64,000 bases of DNA from Elusimicrobiota bacterium (GTDB taxonomy: Bacteria; Elusimicrobiota; Elusimicrobia; Elusimicrobiales; UBA9959): NCBI GenBank assembly GCA_016209085.1, contig JACQWV010000061.1, positions 21,710-85,709 of the forward strand, written 5' to 3'. How positions within the stretch are numbered: position 1 is the stretch's first letter; the number at the start of each line of letters is the position of its first letter. This document shows, piece after piece, positions 47,118 to 55,134 of the stretch. The translations under genes were made by a program, and so were the position numbers. The notes beneath the pieces are model-generated. The model had not been told where the DNA came from. It saw only the letters and a list, made by a program, of their open reading frames with translations, and made no database searches.

Positions 47118-48187
47118 TAAGTGAAATGAAAAAATTTATTATCAGCAAAAATGAGTTAAAGAAAATTCTGGCCGGGATTGTTGCGGAGAATATAAAACTC
47201 ATTGCTCCGGTTTCAAGGGATAACGCTTTTTTTCTGGAAGAGGTCAGTGATGCAGAAAAAATCGCATGGGATTATTCAAATGTCGTAAAACCGGTTAAGG
47301 AGCATATTTTCCCGATGAGGGAAGTTCTTTTGGATTTCGGCAGGGGGACAGATCCCCCTGCACTTGATGAGCCAGAGGCTCGTTCTTCCGGCAAAGAGAA
47401 AAATCCGGCAGGGAACATGCCTCCGGTTAAAGAACAGGTAATATTCGGCTTAAGGCCCTGTGACGCGCGCTCCCTTCTTGTATTGGATAAACCATTCTTG
47501 CAAGAGAAATACGTTGATTCGTATTATAAGGAAAGGCGGGAGAAAACCACCCTTATTGCAATGGCGTGTCTTAATCCGGAAAAAACCTGCCTGTGCTCTT
47601 CTTTTGAAAACGGCGGTCCTTTTTCTTCTGCCGGAAGCGACGTTTTGTGCGTGCAAACCGGGCAGGACGAATTTTTGGTTGAAATCTTGTCTGAAAAAGG
47701 GGAAAAAATATTTAAAAATCCGTCTTTTGCGCAACCTTCCGGAGAAGTTCTGAAAAAGTTGGAAAATCTTAAGGCGGATTCAGAGGCAAAAATCTGCAAG
47801 GCCCTTAAAGTTCCTGAAAACCTGCGGGAGCTTTTTGAAGCAGGTACTTGGGAAACAGAATCCCTTTCCTGCATTGCGTGCGGAATCTGCAGGTATCTGT
47901 CAGCCACCTGCTATTGCTTCAACATTACGGACGAGTTTGAACAGCGTCTCAGGTACTGGATACCGTGCAGTTTTAAAAACTACACAAAAATGACTTCAGG
48001 CGAGATTTCCAGGGAGAAAAAAAGCGCAAGATTCAAGCACTGGTATTTTCATAAATTTTCCTATCACAAGGACAATTTCGGGGAATATCTGTGCGTGGGC
48101 TGCGGCAGGTGCATAAAATACTGCCCCGTAAAAATAGATTTTACCGAAGTGCTTGGAAAAATAGGAAACAGCAAACAGGAACAGTGA
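47114..48187 (+). CDS. Fe-S protein, FlxB/AsrA/HydB-like
   Basis: FGLRPCDARS, CIACGICRYLSATCYC and CVGCGRCIKYCP motifs. The start may instead be 47126. Contains an in-frame repeat at 47339..47392. Confidence 0.6.
   Translation: MISEMKKFIISKNELKKILAGIVAENIKLIAPVSRDNAFFLEEVSDAEKIAWDYSNVVKPVKEHIFPMREVLLDFGRGTDPPALDEPEARSSGKEKNPAGNMPPVKEQVIFGLRPCDARSLLVLDKPFLQEKYVDSYYKERREKTTLIAMACLNPEKTCLCSSFENGGPFSSAGSDVLCVQTGQDEFLVEILSEKGEKIFKNPSFAQPSGEVLKKLENLKADSEAKICKALKVPENLRELFEAGTWETESLSCIACGICRYLSATCYCFNITDEFEQRLRYWIPCSFKNYTKMTSGEISREKKSARFKHWYFHKFSYHKDNFGEYLCVGCGRCIKYCPVKIDFTEVLGKIGNSKQEQ
47339..47392 (+). repeat. GC-rich multi-hairpin repeat, copy A (intragenic, sense)
   Basis: GGCAGGGGGACAGATCCCCCTGCACTTGATGAGCCAGAGGCTCGTTCTTCCGGC. 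It matches the reverse complement of 61367..61420 at 51 of 54 nt. Confidence 0.9.
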
Positions 48188-48249
48188 ATAAAAGGTAATA
48201 AGGTTATAAGATGATAAGGTGATAAGTAAAAAAGCAGTGGAAATTTATT

Positions 48250-49083
48250 ATGCAGAATATTTATCTGCCTGAACTGGCGAAAATTGAGAAAATAACGGAA
48301 GAAACTCCGGATATAAAGACTTTTGACATAAGTTTTGCCGACGCAGGAGCCAGAGAAAAATTCACTTATCTTCCGGGTCAGTTCATAATGATGTCTGTTT
48401 TCGGCTTCGGAGAAGCGCCGTTCGGCCTTGCTTCTACCCCGGACCGGAAGGGATATTTCCAGTGCAGCATAAAAAAAATGGGAAAAGTAACCAGCGAGAT
48501 ACACAGGCTTGATGCCGGCAATATAGTCGGCATCAGGGGTCCGTACGGCAACGGCTTTCCGGTAAAAGAAATTGAAGGGCAGAGGTTGCTTTTTATCGCC
48601 GGCGGAATAGGTCTTGCCCCTTTGAGGAGCCTTATTTATTACTGTTTTGAAAGAAGAAAAAAATTCCCGGACATAACCATACTTTACGGCGCGAGAACGG
48701 TTAAGGATCTGGTCTATAAGCCGGAACTGAAAAAATGGCAGGAAGACAAAAGCATAAAAACGGTTTTAACTGTTGACCCGGGCGGCGAAGACAAAAACTG
48801 GACCGGTAAAATCGGGCTGGTGCCTAAGATTCTTGCGGAGATGAACCCTTTTGCTGAAAATACCGCTGTTGTCCTGTGCGGACCTCCGATAATGATAAAG
48901 TTCACGTTTATAGAACTGCTGAGAATGGGTTTCAGAGAAAAACAGGTTATCACCACCCTGGAGCGCACAATGCAGTGCGGCGTAGGGAAGTGCGGACACT
49001 GTTCAATAGACAAATATTACGTGTGCAAAGACGGCCCTGTTTTCAATTACGAGCAGATTAAAACTTTTCTTGAAGAAATTTAA
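48250..49083 (+). CDS. FAD/NAD(P)H oxidoreductase with C-terminal 2Fe-2S site, FlxA/AsrB/HydG-like
   Basis: PGQFIMMS, FIAGGIGLAPLRS, and CGVGKCGHC at the C-terminus. Confidence 0.75.
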   Translation: MQNIYLPELAKIEKITEETPDIKTFDISFADAGAREKFTYLPGQFIMMSVFGFGEAPFGLASTPDRKGYFQCSIKKMGKVTSEIHRLDAGNIVGIRGPYGNGFPVKEIEGQRLLFIAGGIGLAPLRSLIYYCFERRKKFPDITILYGARTVKDLVYKPELKKWQEDKSIKTVLTVDPGGEDKNWTGKIGLVPKILAEMNPFAENTAVVLCGPPIMIKFTFIELLRMGFREKQVITTLERTMQCGVGKCGHCSIDKYYVCKDGPVFNYEQIKTFLEEI

Positions 49084-49864
49084 ATTTGTAAAGAATCAAG
49101 CCGCCGAGAAGTATCCTGTAAACTATGAAGATTGTCAGGTTTTTTGTTTTAAGATAAGACAATAAAAATTTTATTGAAAGCCAACCGGATATAAACGAAA
49201 ATAAAAAGCCCAGAACAAGAGATGCGTCCATCGCGGATGCAGTGAATTTTCTCATTTCCAGAATCCCGGCTCCGAATATTATAGGCGTTGCCAGAAGAAA
49301 AGAAAACCTGGCTGAATCCTGTCTTTTGTATCCAAGGAAAAGCCCTGCCATAATGGTCATTCCTGCACGGGATGCTCCTGGAAAAATGGCCAGAGCCTGG
49401 GCAATTCCAATTATCAAAGCGTCTTTGACATTGATTGAACTTATTTCAAGAGATTGTTCGGGATTCCTGTCCGCCAGATAGATGAATATTGAAAAGAATA
49501 TCAGGTTTAAGCCTATCCATGCAGGATTTCTGAAAACCGTTTCTGCTAAATCCTCAAGAAAATATCCGGCCAGAGCGCCCGGGATGGTAGCCAGAACCAC
49601 AAGCCACAGGATTTTGCCATCGTTTTCACGTGGTTTTTTCACTCCGTCATGTATTATTTTAACCCAGTCCTTTGCAAAATAAATCAATATGGCGCAGAGA
49701 GTTCCCAGATGAAGCATCACGTCGTAAGCAAGTCCCTGATATTTCCAGCCGAAAAAATAAGGGGCGATTGCAAGATGAGCCGAGCTTGAGACGGGCAGGA
49801 ATTCTCCCACGCCCTGAAGTATTCCGAGAACAGCAGACTGAAAGTTACTCATAAGAACGGGCAC
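49058..49864 (-). CDS. uppP: undecaprenyl-diphosphate phosphatase
   Basis: GILQGVGEFLPVSSSAHL signature. Polytopic, 268 aa. Confidence 0.9.
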   Translation of the reverse strand: MPVLMSNFQSAVLGILQGVGEFLPVSSSAHLAIAPYFFGWKYQGLAYDVMLHLGTLCAILIYFAKDWVKIIHDGVKKPRENDGKILWLVVLATIPGALAGYFLEDLAETVFRNPAWIGLNLIFFSIFIYLADRNPEQSLEISSINVKDALIIGIAQALAIFPGASRAGMTIMAGLFLGYKRQDSARFSFLLATPIIFGAGILEMRKFTASAMDASLVLGFLFSFISGWLSIKFLLSYLKTKNLTIFIVYRILLGGLILYKFKFLQEKF

Positions 49865-50370
49865 GGATTATATATGTCAATCAGTTTTCCGCAGGATTTG
49901 AAGTTTTGTTTTAATTTTTCCCGGTCTATTTTAACCAGCGCAAAAGCGCCTGTGTGCATGTCAATCGGGTTTGAACCGGAAATATAGCCGCACAGCGCGC
50001 CTATCAGGGGCTGGTGGCCTATTATCACCGGAAAATTTCTGTTGATTATGCGGGGGCGGACAGCGTTCATTAATAAGACCGGATCCGTCTGGCATGCAAG
50101 TTCTTCAAGAGTAAGAAATTCGCAAGGGTTGTTTAAAAGAGAAAGAATCATCTTGGAGGTTTCCATTGCCCTTACAAGAGGACTGGTCAATATCAGGTCA
50201 GGATTAAATTTAATGGAAATGAGTTTGTTTGCACAGGAGGTTATTTCTTCTTTTCCTCTTTGAGAAAGTTTTCTTCTGGAATCCGAATCAGCTCCTGATT
50301 CGGCGGGCGTCATAGCATGGCCGTGTCTCAAAAATACCGCGTTTATACCGTCATTCATTTGCTTTCTCAA
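49849..50370 (-). CDS. histidine phosphatase family protein, SixA-like
   Basis: FLRHGHA matches the RHG motif. 173 aa. Confidence 0.55.
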   Translation of the reverse strand: MRKQMNDGINAVFLRHGHAMTPAESGADSDSRRKLSQRGKEEITSCANKLISIKFNPDLILTSPLVRAMETSKMILSLLNNPCEFLTLEELACQTDPVLLMNAVRPRIINRNFPVIIGHQPLIGALCGYISGSNPIDMHTGAFALVKIDREKLKQNFKSCGKLIDIYNPCPFL

Positions 50371-50761
50371 TGCCCCGCAGATATTTTATCATCGTGTCCA
50401 GATGATTCTGTTCCTGCGATATTATGCCTTTTATGAGCAAAACCTGATTTGATTTCAGGGGGAACTTTAATAAATCATTGTAAATTTTAATACTTTCTGT
50501 TTCTCTTTCAATGTGAATCCGCAGAGTTTTTCTGAGGGATTTCCCGGTTTCTATTATTCTCGGCTCGGGTTTGATTTGAGGAAGCAATTCGCTCATGAAT
50601 TCCAGATGGCTTGCTTCTTCCCTGGCAAATATTCTGAATTTGTCCGATATTTTTTCCCCGCCTATTATTTTTTCCTGAAAAAGAGCGGCTTCTTTTTCAT
50701 ACATTAAAACGTCGGTTGCTTCCTCGTTCGCCAATCCTTTAGTTAGTTCTTCGTAATTCAT
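50351..50761 (-). CDS. ferritin-like di-iron domain protein
   Basis: Two ExxH motifs (REEASH, QEQNH) in a four-helix-like 136-aa protein. Confidence 0.45.
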   Translation of the reverse strand: MNYEELTKGLANEEATDVLMYEKEAALFQEKIIGGEKISDKFRIFAREEASHLEFMSELLPQIKPEPRIIETGKSLRKTLRIHIERETESIKIYNDLLKFPLKSNQVLLIKGIISQEQNHLDTMIKYLRGIEKANE

Positions 50762-50786
50762 AATTATATATTCTATAATTTTATTT

Positions 50787-52463
50787 ATGAAAAAGAGACT
50801 CTATATATCAATTTTAATAACAACTGTAATTTGTATCTCAACTATAATTTATTCTGGAACGGATGCTTTAATAAATACTGCTCCGCTCTGGCCGCCTTTC
50901 ATAGCAATTATTTTAGCTTTAATAACAAGGGATGTGATAATATCCCTTTTTACAGGCGTATGGGCCGGCGCTGTGATAGCGTTAAAACCGTCCGGTGTTG
51001 CGGATTTGATTAAATCCCTTGCCATAGGTTTTTTTAATGCGCTTGATACTTACATATTGAAATCAGTGGCAGATTCCGACCATGTTTCTATAATTTTATT
51101 TACTCTCCTGATAGGCGGAACAGTGGGAGTGATATCTTCTTCAGGAGGGCTTGAAGGTTTTGTTTCGGTAATTGCAAAAAAAGTATCCTCAAGAATAAAA
51201 GCTCAGATTTCAGCCTGGCTTTTGGGAATGGCAGTTTTCTTTGACGATTATACAAATTGTCTTATAGTCGGCAATATGATGAGGCCGATATTTGACAGAT
51301 TTAGAATTTCAAGAGAAAAGCTTTCTTTCATAGTAGATACCACGGCAGCGCCGGTTTCATCCCTGTTTCTTGTTTCAACATGGATAGGATTTGAAATTGG
51401 ACTGATAAGCGAAGCAATGAAAGCCCTAAATATTCCAATGGATGCTTATGCTATTTTTTTGAGTTCTATACCGTACAGATTTTATGTAATAATAGTGCTT
51501 TTGTTCATACCTCTGCTTATTTTTATGAAGAGAGAATTCGGCGCCATGTTTCAAGCAGAGGAAAGGGCAGTGACGAAAAATCAACCTCTCCGTCCCGGCT
51601 CAAAACCCTTAGGCGAAACAGACATTTCTTTGAAAGCAAAACCCCAACAAAGGTCTGCAATTCTTGCAATATTACCAATACTTATTCTTATATTTGCCGT
51701 AATAGTCAGTCTTATTGGAACAGGTATAAATAATTTAAACGGCAAAGAAAAAACCATAAGTAATATTTTAGGCAGCGCTAATTCATATAAGGCGCTTTTG
51801 TGGGCATCTCTGGCTTCAAGTCTTGCGGCAATATCAGCAGTGATTTTTTCCAAAGCGCTTACATTCAAAGACGCAATTGATTCATGGATTTCAGGGATAA
51901 AGTCCATGCTTATGGCAGTCATAGTATTGTCTCTTGCCTGGGCGATAGGAGGGATAACAAAGGAATTAAAAACTGCCGAGTATGTTATAGCCATTCTTTC
52001 AAGCCATGTATCCAGCTGGTTTCTTCCTGCCGCCATATTTGTATCTGCCGCGCTTATATCCTTTGCAACAGGCACATCATGGGGAACTATGGCTATACTT
52101 TTTCCAATAGCAATTCCGCTGGCGCATAAAATATCTCTTGCTTCAGGTTTTCCTGCGGGAGATGTTTCTCTTATCTATATAACAAGCGGCGCTGTCTTGT
52201 CAGGTTCTGTATTCGGGGACCATTGTTCTCCGATTTCAGACACGACCATATTGTCTTCTATAGGAAGTTGTGTTGACCACATTGACCATGTGAATACTCA
52301 ATTATATTACGCGGTTTTCGTAGCAATAATATGTCTTTTATTCGGATACATTCCGGCTGGGTTTGGAATAAATCCGTGGATATTAAACGCCGTTTCCTTG
52401 TTTGCAATATTTCTTATAATGCTTAAAATCGGCAAAAAAATCCAGGAGGGAAACAATGTTTGA
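50787..52463 (+). CDS. nhaC: Na+/H+ antiporter NhaC family
   Basis: Polytopic protein. FFDDYTNCLIVGNMMRPIFDRFRISREKLSFIVDTTAAPV is typical of the NhaC family. Confidence 0.7.
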   Translation: MKKRLYISILITTVICISTIIYSGTDALINTAPLWPPFIAIILALITRDVIISLFTGVWAGAVIALKPSGVADLIKSLAIGFFNALDTYILKSVADSDHVSIILFTLLIGGTVGVISSSGGLEGFVSVIAKKVSSRIKAQISAWLLGMAVFFDDYTNCLIVGNMMRPIFDRFRISREKLSFIVDTTAAPVSSLFLVSTWIGFEIGLISEAMKALNIPMDAYAIFLSSIPYRFYVIIVLLFIPLLIFMKREFGAMFQAEERAVTKNQPLRPGSKPLGETDISLKAKPQQRSAILAILPILILIFAVIVSLIGTGINNLNGKEKTISNILGSANSYKALLWASLASSLAAISAVIFSKALTFKDAIDSWISGIKSMLMAVIVLSLAWAIGGITKELKTAEYVIAILSSHVSSWFLPAAIFVSAALISFATGTSWGTMAILFPIAIPLAHKISLASGFPAGDVSLIYITSGAVLSGSVFGDHCSPISDTTILSSIGSCVDHIDHVNTQLYYAVFVAIICLLFGYIPAGFGINPWILNAVSLFAIFLIMLKIGKKIQEGNNV

Positions 52464-52722
52464 CAAATTCAGGGATATGTTTGAAATGAGAAAGAAAATG
52501 GAAGAAGTAAAAAAAGAATTGGATTCAATTTTGCTTGACAGCGAAGATAATCTTGTGAGGATTTCCATTTCAGTCTCCCAGGAAGTAAAATCCGTTACGA
52601 TAAAAGAAGATTTGCAAAAAATAGAAAAGAAGAAACTTGAGGATTCCTTGGTTGAAACCATAAACAGGGCAATCAAACAGGCGCAGATGTCTGCGGCTGA
52701 AAAAATGTCGCGGATATCATAA
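52456..52722 (+). CDS. ybaB: YbaB/EbfC-family nucleoid-associated protein
   Basis: 88 aa. M-x-KKMEEVKKEL then beta strands then a LEDSLVETINRAIKQAQ helix. It overlaps the nhaC stop by 8 nt. Confidence 0.65.
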   Translation: MFDKFRDMFEMRKKMEEVKKELDSILLDSEDNLVRISISVSQEVKSVTIKEDLQKIEKKKLEDSLVETINRAIKQAQMSAAEKMSRIS

Positions 52723-52736
52723 AAAGGGGGTTTCTG

Positions 52737-52979
52737 ATGCATGACGCGATTATATTGACGGGGTCTTTCTGTTCCATAGTAATCCTGGCGGTTTTCTGGA
52801 AGATAACAAAACAGCTGGATAAAGTGGTGATGATGTTTGAGATATTAAACAAACGGGTGCACGACCTGAATGAAGTGGCTTCGTGGCAGGGCAAAAACCT
52901 GGCGCATTTTGAAGGCAGTATCAACAAACTGTGCGCCGTTTTTTCAAAAGGAGACAACTCGGATAGCTGGAAGGGATAA
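52737..52979 (+). CDS. hypothetical small membrane-anchored protein
   Basis: 80-aa ORF with one N-terminal TM helix and then a coiled region. No family recognised. Confidence 0.35.
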   Translation: MHDAIILTGSFCSIVILAVFWKITKQLDKVVMMFEILNKRVHDLNEVASWQGKNLAHFEGSINKLCAVFSKGDNSDSWKG

Positions 52980-52983
52980 AAAA

Positions 52984-53020
52984 ACGCCGCCCGGATTTAT
53001 CGGGCGGCGTTAAATTTTTT
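52984..53020. terminator. bidirectional rho-independent terminator
   Basis: ACGCCGCCCG-GATTTAT-CGGGCGGCGT is preceded by AAAAA and followed by TAAATTTTTT. It lies between convergent genes. Confidence 0.75.
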
Positions 53021-53048
53021 ATTGCTGGTTACTCAACTTGCCGAAGCA

Positions 53049-53747
53049 TTAGTTCATTATCTGATAAGAAACAAGCTGGATTTTTTCCTGCACGTCCTCT
53101 CCGAGAATTTCTTCGTACACAAGACCTGTTCCGGAAGCGTAATATCTTGAGGCAGTTCCTGCGTCTCCGTCGCCGATTTTAGCGGTTATTTTCAGGCAGT
53201 TTTCAAAAGACCCCGCCGGGACGGCTGTTTTCGCGTTAAGGGAGGTTATCCTGTATGTGTTTGAACCTTCCTCCCACGTCTTGCCTCTGTATAGCGGGAA
53301 AGGTATTTCGGTCCTTTTGCCGGCCAATATGCTGTCTGAAGAATGAAGGCCTTTTTCAGTCAGCTGAATGAAGAACGTGCCTGACTGGATTTTGGAGCCT
53401 CTTATGACCGTGACTTTGACCGTTGTCGTGTAATCCTTCTCCGAATATTCAACGAACTCAACGACTACCCGTTTGGTTCCGAGGAATTCGCTGCTTGTGT
53501 ATTCATATTCATATCTCATCTTTTTTTCCATCGGGAAATAGCTGAGGGGCGACGGCGAATTTGCCGCATCTTTTGTTTCTTCCGTCAGACCGGACGGGAG
53601 TTCAACGGGTTTTTGAACCTGAAGCATGTTCAGGGAATCAACTGGAGCGGCGTTTTGCAGAGCGCTCAACGCTTCTGATTCGGCGTATAAAACAGCCTGT
53701 CCCGCGCAAATGAGCGCTGAAAAAATAAATACAATAATCCTTTTCAT
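53049..53747 (-). CDS. hypothetical secreted protein
   Basis: Signal peptide MKRIIVFIFSALICAGQAVLYA. 232 aa. No family recognised. Confidence 0.4.
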   Translation of the reverse strand: MKRIIVFIFSALICAGQAVLYAESEALSALQNAAPVDSLNMLQVQKPVELPSGLTEETKDAANSPSPLSYFPMEKKMRYEYEYTSSEFLGTKRVVVEFVEYSEKDYTTTVKVTVIRGSKIQSGTFFIQLTEKGLHSSDSILAGKRTEIPFPLYRGKTWEEGSNTYRITSLNAKTAVPAGSFENCLKITAKIGDGDAGTASRYYASGTGLVYEEILGEDVQEKIQLVSYQIMN

Positions 53748-54089
53748 GATAAGTTCCTCCTTGCTTGAGCGGCATTTTTAAAATGCCGCATACTGAACGT
53801 GATTTTTTTGTGTTATTATATCCCGGTACTTTGTGCTAAGTTTCGGAGGTGGGAGAAACTTAACGCGCCCGACTTTCGCCGACTGGCGGAGCGGGACTTC
53901 ACTTCGCAGGTAGGTTTGAGACTTTACGGATACCGGCGAAGCTTGTAAGATACGGAAACTTCTGCTTTAAATTATGATACCAAAAACCGCAAAAATTGTC
54001 AAGTGTTATGGAAAATACTGACATTTTAAAAAAATTTTGACAAGCGAAATCAAAATGAAGTTGTAAATTTGTATAATAAATAAATCAGC

Positions 54090-54272
54090 ATCATTGCGCG
54101 GGGGAATCCTGTGAGAAGCAGGAACTGCCCCGCAACGGTGATACCCTGCATAGTTTAGCGGGGGTAAGTCCGGTCCACCGCGCATGCCTCAAGGCGGTAT
54201 TTCCGCCTACTGTGGCAGGTCTCCGTGGGGAGAAACAGGATAAACCCTGCCTTGCGGAGGCGGGGTTTTTTG
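54090..54272 (+). promoter_or_regulatory. cobalamin riboswitch with intrinsic terminator
   Basis: P1 is GCGCGG...CCGCGC. The aptamer core is GGGAATCCTGTGAGAAGCAGGAACTGCCCCGCAACGGTGA, with a B12-box-like GTAAGTCCGGTCCACCGC. The terminator is CCCTGCC-TTGCGGA-GGCGGGG plus TTTTTT. btuFCD-like genes lie downstream. Confidence 0.8.
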
Positions 54273-54273
54273 A

Positions 54274-54311
54274 TTTACCCCCGCACCAACCCGGTTGGCG
54301 CGGGGGTTTAC
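54274..54311. repeat. 38-bp palindromic element, intergenic copy
   Basis: TTTACCCCCGCACCAACCCGGTTGGCGCGGGGGTTTAC. It lies between the riboswitch terminator and the btuF RBS. Four differences from 32115..32152, all within the stem. Confidence 0.85.
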
Positions 54312-54330
54312 GGCGGGAGAGGAGGAAGAA

Positions 54331-55134
54331 ATGAAAATTCTGATTTTTGTTCTGATGAACTGTATGCCCGGTTTTTCGCAGGAAAAGGAGCAGCGGATTG
54401 TCTCGCTCATGCCGTCTTACACGGAGATAATTTTTGAATTGGGCGCAGGCAGCCGTCTGGCCGGAATTTCTAATTTCTGCAATTATCCTCAGGGAACAGC
54501 CGGCATTGAAAAAATCGGGGATTATTTCACCCCGAACATTGAAAAGATATACTCTATGAGGCCTGATATTGTGTTTGCAGGCAAATGGAAAAATTCAAAA
54601 GCTGTTTCTGCTCTTAAAAACCTGGGGATTAACTTGGTGGAAATTTCCGAGGAGCGCAAAATTGAAGATATTTTCGCGACAATCAGGATCATCGGGAAAA
54701 ACACCGGCTCGGAAAAAAGAGCCGGAATCCTTGTGTCCGGCATGAAAAAGGAGCTCGGTAAAATAAAAAAGTCCTCCAAAAAGACTGCAAAAAGCGTTTA
54801 CGCTGAAATTGACAGGGGATACTGGACCTGCGGAAAAAATTCTTTTATATCGGACGTGATTAAGAAAGCAGGGGGGAAAAACGTCTTTTCCGGCGTTAAT
54901 ATGCCTTATTTCCAGGCTTCATGGGAGGACGTGATAAAGGCAAAGCCGGAAATAGTGGTTTTGATTAATTCGGAAAAAGAGGAATTTCTGAAAAGGCCGC
55001 TCGCGGAGAAAATACCGGCGGTGAAAAGCGGAAAAATAATAACAGGCATTGACAAGGATGTTATTTCAAGGCCCGGCCCGCGCATAATTTCCGTCATAAA
55101 ACAGCTTAAAAAGGAATTTGATGGCAAAAATTAA
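54331..55134 (+). CDS. btuF: periplasmic cobalamin/siderophore-binding protein of an ABC importer (BtuF-like)
   Basis: Start moved to the ATG after GGAGGAAG (MKILIFVLMNC). RIVSLMPSYTEIIFELG is a class III SBP motif. It is under a cobalamin riboswitch. Confidence 0.75.
   Translation: MKILIFVLMNCMPGFSQEKEQRIVSLMPSYTEIIFELGAGSRLAGISNFCNYPQGTAGIEKIGDYFTPNIEKIYSMRPDIVFAGKWKNSKAVSALKNLGINLVEISEERKIEDIFATIRIIGKNTGSEKRAGILVSGMKKELGKIKKSSKKTAKSVYAEIDRGYWTCGKNSFISDVIKKAGGKNVFSGVNMPYFQASWEDVIKAKPEIVVLINSEKEEFLKRPLAEKIPAVKSGKIITGIDKDVISRPGPRIISVIKQLKKEFDGKN

Noticed and set aside
47355-47392. The conserved repeat core CUUGAUGAGCCAGAGGCUCGUU looks superficially like a hammerhead ribozyme (CUGAUGA, then a stem II hairpin).
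   Set aside because: The box has an extra U (CUUGAUGA, not CUGAUGA). The hairpin is followed by GUU rather than the obligatory GAAA. I could find no stem III or cleavage-site arrangement in any of the three copies.
47338-47413. An 8-nt direct repeat CGGCAGGG flanks repeat copy A, and TTTCCA flanks copy C (62042 and 62142). Either pair could be a target-site duplication.
   Set aside because: The spacings are 68 and 100 nt, neither a multiple of 3, so they do not explain frame preservation. The two flanking sequences also differ from each other. Chance matches in GC-rich or short words cannot be excluded.
53821-53960. A possible structured RNA in the 350-nt gap upstream of the secreted-protein gene, based on AAGTTTC...GAAACTT, CGCC-GACT-GGCG and CTTCGC...GCGAAG pairings.
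   Set aside because: The stems are short and I see no resemblance to SRP, 6S, RNase P or any riboswitch class I can recall. There is no second copy for covariation, so the evidence is too weak to call a feature.
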